NCBI GenBank assembly: GCA_039028615.1
Contig: JBCCHT010000035.1
Span: 64,001-128,000, forward strand
DNA length: 64,000 bases
DNA from: Myxococcota bacterium
GTDB taxonomy: Bacteria; Myxococcota_A; Polyangia; Nannocystales; Nannocystaceae
Reading direction: 5' to 3'
Positions 18,901-26,067 of this stretch are shown in pieces. Below the pieces are notes generated by a model. It made no database searches. It had not been told where the DNA came from and worked only from the letters and a program-made list of their open reading frames with translations. The position numbers and the translations under genes were made by a program. Each line of letters opens with the position of its first letter. Positions within the stretch are counted from its first letter, which is position 1.

Positions 18901-19909
18901 CTTCGCGATCGAGCTTTGGATGACGGTCCTACGCAACCTGTCGGAGCCAGGAGGGAGCATCACCGGGGGAGTACTGGTCGAGCTCGACGTCGGTAGCGAT
19001 CGGAGTAAGATCACGCACCAGGTCCCGGTCGAACTCCACCTGGATCGGCTGCAGGCTGACGCCAGCGTGCAAGCGGAGTTGCTTCCCGTCGAGCCAGGCC
19101 AAAGCCCCGACCGGCTGCTACTCGGCAATCCAACCGACAAGGTCCTCCACGTTGGAGAACTTTCGGTCTTCCTGCTCCCCGCCCCGACCGATCGCGAAAC
19201 CTCCTCGCAAGTCCACGGAGCGAGCCAAGGCGCGCGCGGCTTCGTCTCGGAATGGGATGGCCAACTCGACCCCATGAGTTCGGTCGAGCTCGAGCTCAGC
19301 GCGCCCCCCGAGGTTGACCTCGATTGGGATGATGCCCTCGTCGAGATCCGGAACGTCGAGGTCGCCCCCCCCGCCGAGGGCTGGGAACGAGAGATTATCA
19401 CTCAGCGGGAAACCGGGCACACCTCGTTCGACATCCAGGTGCGGGCGCTGAATCTTGGCTCCGACCGGGACGTCCCCGAGAGCTTCGAAGAGATCAGGCT
19501 ACGGCTCCAGCCGTTGCGTTCGTCCATAGCAGATCCGCCTGATGGGCATCTAACGCATGGCAACGACACATGGGCGAGTCGCATTTACATCGGTATGGAA
19601 GAGCTGTGGAGGATCACGAGAGACCAGGACCGTACCCGACTGTACCGGCTGACGGCTCAGGCTCGTCACACTGACTTCGATGGACTCGAGCAGCACATGG
19701 TCTTGTCCGTTCGGTTCCCGAGTTTTCGCGCGCTACTCGACGAGCGCCCGGAGTCCCGATACGAACTGCTCGACGCAAACGAAGCTCTCATCTCTACCGG
19801 GTTGGATCGTCAACACGCGGCAGAACAAGTCGCAGAGCGAAGCAAGGCCGAAGAAACGACCTACCTCCGCGTCCACGACGATGAAGACAGTGACTCGACG
19901 AGGCGCTAG
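15977..19909 (+). CDS. Multidomain protein: Trp-rich lectin-like beta-propeller (DUF346/PLL-like) + LGFP repeats + unknown C-terminal region
   Basis: Six W-x-SLGG...IDVFxRG..LWH repeats and about six LG(x)P repeats (LGQPISNE, LGYPTSNE, LGAPVADE). GTG at 15977 follows a purine-rich gggagag. Confidence 0.8.
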   Translation: MTWLGWESLGGALTSGAAVSFRKRGGIDVFARGNDSAVWHWRRVERGAEWVSLGGEVRGSPAAVSWGRNRIDVFIRGADDALWHKWWKNGWYGWKSLGGTLTSSPTVASWGRGRLDVFARGSNGGVWHLAYDGKWSKWKDLGHEIKGAPSAVSWGRSRIDIVVRGTDNALWHKTWRDRWTAWVSRGGSMTAAPAIASGGPRRLDVFTRGSDGELWHLRHGMRWGHWEKLRGHFCDHPGVVSWGPKHIEVLVRGWDGALWRKVWASRRINRRLHGRLPFAELGVEVLESMHERMKDLQGSACTPTGTLVVTGETTSLDLGDQRLVHHPDSGTHDVGGDILQRWESLGGVSGFLGQPISNEGTAADRIGRFNHFRGGSIYWHPRAGAFEVHGKLHAKWASLGSERSSLGYPTSNERPAPAGGRIGWFQSGAIVWHSQHGAHVLGPEIVDRWLSLGGGQGRLGHATGDEQTDEAGSKTALFERGVIYWDERSGALSLSLPIFSGWKETGGVAGALGAPVADEKNFNDGGRFVRFAHGYLFWQPRTGVYSLREPIVGKWERGGGLDGSLGHPIGKTTTLAQGVTYARFVGGALLSHPSTGTYSMPNAMLRRWISAGGPAGTLGGPVDDARPVAQGSTSVAMQFTRATLRQGEGPEEFSLHQDPDSRCPIVAAETTLDRDLDGALDSPIEDIDQEMWIPLLHWLERAQQRKRFTRDSFTVEFWHRPTSSSTIDPTRFLPVRPGSLQARLQGLNGSFEREMTVIWRQPNAPGQPPHLSARLDFSDDPDLAGKVKGAIQSDGSIEMSWQHHLARARTPGPGVDPLAPKQSFADSIYSHPDDPMWQDGPSRWREIRTAELPRTLYYRRVGREPIFELIPTSFRLGFDGRAGIPSVHPTLLDRGGDSTSDERHVLARFGGLPYMHAEEHTAARKWIEEHESVPFAHLIYSPIIGRFQQPTGLLGAKAIQIDAVPLNEYLWLEWDFAIELWMTVLRNLSEPGGSITGGVLVELDVGSDRSKITHQVPVELHLDRLQADASVQAELLPVEPGQSPDRLLLGNPTDKVLHVGELSVFLLPAPTDRETSSQVHGASQGARGFVSEWDGQLDPMSSVELELSAPPEVDLDWDDALVEIRNVEVAPPAEGWEREIITQRETGHTSFDIQVRALNLGSDRDVPESFEEIRLRLQPLRSSIADPPDGHLTHGNDTWASRIYIGMEELWRITRDQDRTRLYRLTAQARHTDFDGLEQHMVLSVRFPSFRALLDERPESRYELLDANEALISTGLDRQHAAEQVAERSKAEETTYLRVHDDEDSDSTRR

Positions 19910-21105
19910 TTCTTTAGTTTGCCCGCGGGTGCGAGGGGAGTGGAGGGCGTAAAACTTCGATGTAGTTCGAGTTCCACCGCCAGCCCTTCGGGCAGCGGCA
20001 GCTCCACGCTGACGGAGCCCGGCTTGTATCCCATTTTTTTCGCCCAGACGGTCAGTTCATCCGGTAGTTCGTCGGCCCGCACCTTCCACTCATAGCGCCC
20101 ATTGGAATTTACCCGCTCCTTATCCAGGTGCCGCCCCCGCGAGCCGATACGAACCAGGGCATGCGGGATCGGCTCGCCATGCTCGTTCGAAACTCGAATT
20201 GGAATGAAATAGAAGAGGCGCTCCGGCTCCGGGAGTGCACCGGTCGTCGAAGCCGTAGCGGAGGACGCTTCTTCCCCGGTCGAGTCCAAAGTCGAAGCAG
20301 GAACCTCCTGGGTCGCACCTGTGTCGGGGACGGGCTCCGTGCCGGTCGAACCGGTTTCTCCCCCCTGTGGTGTATCGGCCTGAACCGGCACGGATGGATC
20401 CACTTCATCTCTTGCCGGTTTAACTGGGCGCTGGATAGCGAGGTCGACCGAGAGTTCTTCCTCATCGTCAAACTCGATTCGCTTCACGACCGATTTCACC
20501 GAGTCCTTCTTTGCCCACACGGTAATTTCACCGGGCGGCGATATTTCAAGCAGGAGTTCGTAGTCGCCATGCTCCTGCGTAGTCGTCTCTTGAATCTGAT
20601 CGGCGTTGTGAACGACGACGAGTGCGTCCGCGATTCCCATGGAAGGATCCCCGTCCTCCAGCACACGGCCGTAGATTTTCAGGACTCGCCCCCCACAAGA
20701 GCCACTGCTCGCCACCAGGCCTTCCTGAGACGAGAAGTGAACGATGAGAAAGAGCGCCGCCACGCCGCCGGCAGTCACTTCACCCAGGGCTCGAAACTTG
20801 AACCGAAGGCCGATCTTGAGGCCGCCAACCAGCCCCCATAACAAAGCCGCTGAAGCAAGCGCCAGAACAACCGCAAGCACATGGGCTTGGCCACTGTTGT
20901 CTACACACATGGTGAAGACCAGTACGATTGCAGTTACGAGCAACACGCCCCCTACGCCACATGCGATCCATCGTCCAATCGCGGCTGGACGTTCAGAGTC
21001 TTTTCTCGCTGGCTCCACGGGACTACTCCTGTCGACCAGCGCAACTCGTGGCCGGTTTCGAATCGTACCGACGCGGTTGCTGGCTGACCACCCTAGGTGC
21101 ACCAC
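19906..21105 (-). CDS. Membrane protein with two carboxypeptidase-regulatory-like (transthyretin-like) beta-sandwich domains
   Basis: About three N-terminal hydrophobic helices. GRVLEDG..IADALV..GDYEL and GEPIPHALVRI..NGRY..KMGY are separated by a T/S/P/E-rich linker. Start uncertain. Confidence 0.6.
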   Translation of the reverse strand: MVHLGWSASNRVGTIRNRPRVALVDRSSPVEPARKDSERPAAIGRWIACGVGGVLLVTAIVLVFTMCVDNSGQAHVLAVVLALASAALLWGLVGGLKIGLRFKFRALGEVTAGGVAALFLIVHFSSQEGLVASSGSCGGRVLKIYGRVLEDGDPSMGIADALVVVHNADQIQETTTQEHGDYELLLEISPPGEITVWAKKDSVKSVVKRIEFDDEEELSVDLAIQRPVKPARDEVDPSVPVQADTPQGGETGSTGTEPVPDTGATQEVPASTLDSTGEEASSATASTTGALPEPERLFYFIPIRVSNEHGEPIPHALVRIGSRGRHLDKERVNSNGRYEWKVRADELPDELTVWAKKMGYKPGSVSVELPLPEGLAVELELHRSFTPSTPLAPAGKLKN

Positions 21106-21280
21106 ATGATGGTTGACCTGTCCTCGGCACGAACCGGACTCCGCCTACGCACGAGTATTGGCTTGGTTGTCGACGACCATCACCACGAGACCTCTTGGAA
21201 CGAACGTGCCAAGAGACACTCGATGCCCGCCCCTAAGGCGTCACAGCTCTAGGCTCCCGAAGAACAACCTGGTGGCGGCG

Positions 21281-24265
21281 CTACAGCGTCGCCCGGAAGG
21301 CCTCGGCGTCGGTGAGGTCCAGCAACGCGACCGCTCCGGCCTCATGCAGCAATGTCAGCGCCTGCTCGGTCCGCTCGAGCACCTCTTCGGAACCTCCGCC
21401 GCTCGCACGCAGTGCCTTGGCGAGGAGCAGGCTCACCTGCCCCTGTTCGTGGGGAAGCGTGGTCTCGAAGCCCTCCAGGATCTCGAGGGTCTGTCGGGCC
21501 AGCTCGACCGCTCGCGCGGGCTGCTCTGCGCCGAGTTCGTTCTCGGCGAGGGCCTGGAGCGCAGCCGCGGTGACGCCATGGTGGAGGCCGAGCTTCTCCT
21601 CGAGCGCCTCGCGGGAAGTGGTGAGGATGGATCGGGCGTCGTCGTGCCGTGCCAAGGCGATCAGGGCTTGGCCCTGACGAAGGCGAGCCAGGTTCACGCT
21701 GAGATGGCGAGCACCGAGCTTGCCCTCGAGTACTGCGATGGCCGGTTCGACGTGTCGCAGGGTCTGCTCGGGCTGGCGTAGGTGGTGGTAGACGCCCGCG
21801 ATGTTGACCCGCACCTGGGCGACCTTGGGGTGGTCCTCGCCCAGCAGCTCTCGACGCAACCGCAGCGCGTTCTCGTAGTGCCGCAGCGCCTCTCGATGCT
21901 GGCCCTGCTCGACCAACACGGTGCCCATGTTGTTGGAGACGGAGGCGAGGTTGGGGTGATCGGGGCCGAGGGTGCGCTCCATCTGCGCTCGAGCACGACG
22001 CAGGTACTCCAGCGCCTCCGCGTGCCGTTGCTGACGACGCAGGGTCGTGCCGAGGTTGTTGAGCAAGGTGGCGCGCAGCGGGTGGTCGGGGCCCCGGTAG
22101 GCCATCACCAGTCGCAGCGCGCGATCGAACATGGCCTGTGCCCGCGAGTACTCCATCTGCGCCATGAGGACGGAGGCAACGTTGTTGAGCGGGTTCAGCA
22201 GCAACGGGTGCTCGGCTCCGTACTGCTCCTCGAGACGAGTCAGGGCCAGCTCCGCCGCCCGCCGGGCTTCGGCGAAGTCGCCCTGGCGGAGATGTGCGTT
22301 CGACAGGTTGCTCAGAGACTCGGCCACCCGCGGATCGGTGGGCGGGAGGTGCTCTTCGCGAAGGCTCAGCGCTTCACCGTAGTAGCCGCGCGCCTGGTCG
22401 TAGTGCCCCTGACTCAGAGTGATGGCGCCGTGGAGGCTGAGGCACGCGGCCCGCTGCAGCGCGCCCTTGCTTCGCTCGGCCAACCCCTGGCATTGCCGGA
22501 CCCACGCCAGGCCATCGTCGTGCCGCTTCAAACGTACGCCGACCATGAGCCCGAGGGACTGCACGGCGATCGCCGACTGTCGGTCGTAGGCCAGCGCGGC
22601 GGCGCCGAAATAGGCGTCCTCGAGCGCGGGCTCGGCCCGCTGATAGTCGCCCGCCTCGAAGAGTGCACGGCCAAGGGCCACCTGTGATTCGACGACCAGG
22701 GGCGGGTAGCCGACCTCGTCGGCTGCCGACAGCGTCGATTCGGCCAAGGCGATGGCCTCGTCCATCTTGCCCATGCGGGTGCGAGCCTCCACGAGGGCGA
22801 GGCGCTCCCGTTGCTGACGAACGAGCGCGACGACCTCGGGATCGACCGGAGGGGCGAGCTCGGATTGGAGCCACTGCGGGTTGGAGCAGCGGGCGATCGC
22901 GGGGAGCTCGGCCGCGGCATCGAGCGCGTGGTCGAGGACGTCGGTATCGGGCTCGGCCAACACCGTCACCAGGGAGCTGAAGGCGTCGAGGTTGGACTCG
23001 AGGCAGGTCATCCTGCGATCGAGCTCGGCGGGCGACTGTCGTTGCTCCACCACGGTGGCTTCGCAGGCCTGTCGATGTGCAGTCGCCCAGGCGTCGGCAT
23101 ACGCATCGGCCATGGGCTCCAGCCGAGCCCAGGTCTCCGATGCGTGGGGCGCCTCGCTGCCCAACACCAGCGCATGGAGTTCCTGCTTGCGCTGCGCGTC
23201 CCAGACCCCCTCCAGCTTGTGCGACGCATCCGTGCACTGGGGCCCCGAGGACGAGCCGCCCCACAGGCCCACGCCGACCGCCGTCGCCGCCAGGCCGGCT
23301 CCTCCCAGCCACCACCAGCGGGACCGTCGACCCTCGCGTTGGTCACCGAGCGCGTCGAGCAGCGCCTCCATCGAGGGCCATCGCGCCCGGTTCTCGGTAC
23401 ACAGGCCGCGAAGCAATACGCTGCGGAGCCGAGTGGAAACCTGCCGATCCGCGTTGATCGGTGGCGACCGAACCTCCCCCGCGAGCACCTGCACGGCGAG
23501 CGTATCCCAGTCCTCGCCCGCGAACGGATGCTCGTCGTACAGCGCCTCGTACAGGGCGACGCAGAACGCATACTGATCGCTGAGTGGGTCCGCCGGCTTC
23601 GAGGAATACAGCTCAGGGGCCATGTACGCGGGGGTGCCCGCGAGGTTGCTGTGCTTGGTCTGCGAGCCCGACGCAGTGGATGACGCCGGGCCCTCGGGCG
23701 CACCGCCCGAGCTCGGTGCCTCGACGTCGTCGAAGTCTGCCGCGCGAGCGAGACCGAAGTCGACGACCTGCACCCGCCCCTCACGACCCACCATCACATT
23801 GGAGGGCTTGAAGTCGCGATGGACCACCGAGCGCGCGTGCACAGCCGCCAGCCCCCGCCCGGCCTGGGTGAAGACCTCGAGGATCTCGTCGACCGAGCGC
23901 GGGGCTTCGTCCAGCCACGCATTGAGGGTCAGCCCGTCGACCCACTCCATGGCAATGAACAGGTGCTCACCATCGACGCCGACCTCGAAGACTTGCACGA
24001 CGTTGGGATGCGAGAGGCGAGCGAGCGCTTGGGACTCGCGACGGATCCGTCGTTCGCTGACTTCGTCGATGCGCCGCCGCAGCACCTTGAGCGCGACGGG
24101 TCGGTCAGCGCGGGTGTCGTGGGCTAGGTACACCACCCCCGCCGCACCAGAGCCCTGCCGGGACCTCAGCGTATATCGACCGATGCGCCCAGGGGGCTCG
24201 TCGAGATCGAGAATCCGAATGTTGGGGTTCGACCCTTGTTCGGTCTCGTGAAGACTCGATGGCAT
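21281..24265 (-). CDS. Hanks-type Ser/Thr kinase with TM segment and TPR repeats
   Basis: VALKVL, HRDFKPSN, DFGLA, GTPAYMAPE; TM WWWLGGAGLAATAVGVGLW; many LGxDHP..NNLG TPRs. Start 24265 preferred over 24373. Confidence 0.93.
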   Translation of the reverse strand: MPSSLHETEQGSNPNIRILDLDEPPGRIGRYTLRSRQGSGAAGVVYLAHDTRADRPVALKVLRRRIDEVSERRIRRESQALARLSHPNVVQVFEVGVDGEHLFIAMEWVDGLTLNAWLDEAPRSVDEILEVFTQAGRGLAAVHARSVVHRDFKPSNVMVGREGRVQVVDFGLARAADFDDVEAPSSGGAPEGPASSTASGSQTKHSNLAGTPAYMAPELYSSKPADPLSDQYAFCVALYEALYDEHPFAGEDWDTLAVQVLAGEVRSPPINADRQVSTRLRSVLLRGLCTENRARWPSMEALLDALGDQREGRRSRWWWLGGAGLAATAVGVGLWGGSSSGPQCTDASHKLEGVWDAQRKQELHALVLGSEAPHASETWARLEPMADAYADAWATAHRQACEATVVEQRQSPAELDRRMTCLESNLDAFSSLVTVLAEPDTDVLDHALDAAAELPAIARCSNPQWLQSELAPPVDPEVVALVRQQRERLALVEARTRMGKMDEAIALAESTLSAADEVGYPPLVVESQVALGRALFEAGDYQRAEPALEDAYFGAAALAYDRQSAIAVQSLGLMVGVRLKRHDDGLAWVRQCQGLAERSKGALQRAACLSLHGAITLSQGHYDQARGYYGEALSLREEHLPPTDPRVAESLSNLSNAHLRQGDFAEARRAAELALTRLEEQYGAEHPLLLNPLNNVASVLMAQMEYSRAQAMFDRALRLVMAYRGPDHPLRATLLNNLGTTLRRQQRHAEALEYLRRARAQMERTLGPDHPNLASVSNNMGTVLVEQGQHREALRHYENALRLRRELLGEDHPKVAQVRVNIAGVYHHLRQPEQTLRHVEPAIAVLEGKLGARHLSVNLARLRQGQALIALARHDDARSILTTSREALEEKLGLHHGVTAAALQALAENELGAEQPARAVELARQTLEILEGFETTLPHEQGQVSLLLAKALRASGGGSEEVLERTEQALTLLHEAGAVALLDLTDAEAFRATL

Positions 24266-24489
24266 CGAGTCTGGATGGAGTTTGTCCGAAGGCACCAACG
24301 CAGCGGTCCGGGAGGACGTCCTCGTCAATTCGTAACGAGTCGGTGGTCGCCTCGATGCAATCCAGGGCACCAACCTCGGCCGGTTTGCATCTCGCTCTTC
24401 ACGCAGGGAACGACCGGCCCATATTGAAGCGAGGGCGATTTAGTCGGGAAGGAACGGTCCGCCGTTGGAGTTGGTGGTGACCGTCCACG

Positions 24490-25122
24490 ATGTACGATGC
24501 CCCCGTGTCCAACCTGCCCGCACTCGTCCACGCTCAGAGCCTCGTCGTTCAGCAGCAAAAGGAGATGCTCGAGGTCTTCACCGACTTCGAAACGGCAAAT
24601 CGTTACACCATCCTCGACCCCAACGGGCGCACGCTCTTACATGCGGCGGAGACCAGCGAAGGCGCGATGGCCTTCCTTTCGCGCAGCTTCCTGAAGGCCA
24701 AGCGACCCTTCACGATGCGCCTGGTCGATCCCGCGGGTACGGTCGTTTTCACGCTTCATCGGCCCTGGACCTGGTTTTTCTCGGAGATCCACGTCGAAGA
24801 CGCCCAGGGCCAGAAGCTGGGGATGATCGACCAGCGTTTCGCGTTCTTCGCCCGCAAGTTCGCCGTCCTCGGTCCCAACGGGGAGGAGCTCGCCGAGCTG
24901 AACGGCCCCTTCTTTCGACCGTGGACCTTCAAGGTGGTCAAAGGTGGCCAAGAGGTCGGGGCGATCAAGAAAAAGTGGAGCGGGCTGATGAAAGAGGCGT
25001 TCACCGACGCCGACAACTTCGGCCTCGAGCTCGGGCCCGCCATGGATCCTCAGCTCCGGTCGCTGGCCCTGGCCGCTACGTTCCTCATCGATTTCTTGTA
25101 CTTCGAGGACACGGGCGACTGA
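24490..25122 (+). CDS. Phospholipid scramblase / LURP-one-like protein
   Basis: QQKEMLEVFTDFETANRY, RPF, IKKKWSGLMKEAFTDADNF, and C-terminal ATFLIDFLYFE, typical of the scramblase family. Confidence 0.85.
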   Translation: MYDAPVSNLPALVHAQSLVVQQQKEMLEVFTDFETANRYTILDPNGRTLLHAAETSEGAMAFLSRSFLKAKRPFTMRLVDPAGTVVFTLHRPWTWFFSEIHVEDAQGQKLGMIDQRFAFFARKFAVLGPNGEELAELNGPFFRPWTFKVVKGGQEVGAIKKKWSGLMKEAFTDADNFGLELGPAMDPQLRSLALAATFLIDFLYFEDTGD

Positions 25123-25149
25123 GCGCGCCGCGATTTCAGCCCTGACTCG

Positions 25150-26013
25150 GTGCCCGCGAGTCACTATGCTGAACCGGTGACCGCGGGCGAGGGACGGCGA
25201 GGAGACGGGAGCGGCGACGCATCGCCTCGGCCCCGCGCGCCCGGTGTCGCCCCGTTAGCGGGCTCCGGGGTGCTGCTCGTCGCGACGATGCTCGCCAGCC
25301 CCCTCCCCCTGCGCTGGCAACCACGGTGGCTGCAGCAGCAAGGCCTGCCCGCCGCCCATGGGATTGCCGCCATCGCCCAAGGGCTCGTGCTCGGTGGGAT
25401 CTTGGCTCTGCTCTACGTCGAGGCCGTGCGAGCGGGGACTCCGTCGGCGACGACGGAGATGTGGAACGCGGCCCAGCGCAGCGAGACCGACCTGAGCTAC
25501 GGCATGCTGACGACGATGGGCATGGGGGTGGTGGCTCAGTTCGCGCTGCGGCCGAGCACCTGGGTGCTGACGTGGCTGGCCATCGATGGCTTCGTCCGGG
25601 GGCTCGATGCCTTGCTCAACAACCGCCGCACGCCGAGTTCGCCGCTGTGGCTCTTCGACGCGGTCGCGGGCTCGATCGTTCGTTTCGCACGAGCCCGGCT
25701 GCTGCTGTGGCGCCTGGGGCCGCCGCGGCCCCCAGAGCTGTGGCTCCCGAGCGATCAAGAGGTCGACGTGCTCGACCTGTATTGTTCGCGATTGCAGCCC
25801 TTCGACGTCGACTCGACGCTTCAGGTCGGCAACGACTTCTTCCGCGTGCAGCAGCGAGTGCTGCGTCGGCGGCGAGACCGATCCGTGTGGCACTACCGGG
25901 CGCTGCCGCTAGTGGCCAACGAGTCGCTGCGAGGGCAGATATGGCCGATCGATCCGAGTGAGTGCGTGCGACCCGAGCCTCCGGCGCGAGACCGGACGGA
26001 CACCGCGAGCTGA
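25150..26013 (+). CDS. Hypothetical membrane protein
   Basis: Long ORF with several hydrophobic segments, co-oriented with the scramblase. Start uncertain. Confidence 0.55.
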   Translation: MPASHYAEPVTAGEGRRGDGSGDASPRPRAPGVAPLAGSGVLLVATMLASPLPLRWQPRWLQQQGLPAAHGIAAIAQGLVLGGILALLYVEAVRAGTPSATTEMWNAAQRSETDLSYGMLTTMGMGVVAQFALRPSTWVLTWLAIDGFVRGLDALLNNRRTPSSPLWLFDAVAGSIVRFARARLLLWRLGPPRPPELWLPSDQEVDVLDLYCSRLQPFDVDSTLQVGNDFFRVQQRVLRRRRDRSVWHYRALPLVANESLRGQIWPIDPSECVRPEPPARDRTDTAS

Positions 26014-26067
26014 GGCGGCGATGAGCATGGCCAGCGCGAGCGCCCGTCGTCTCCCTCGACTCGCCTG

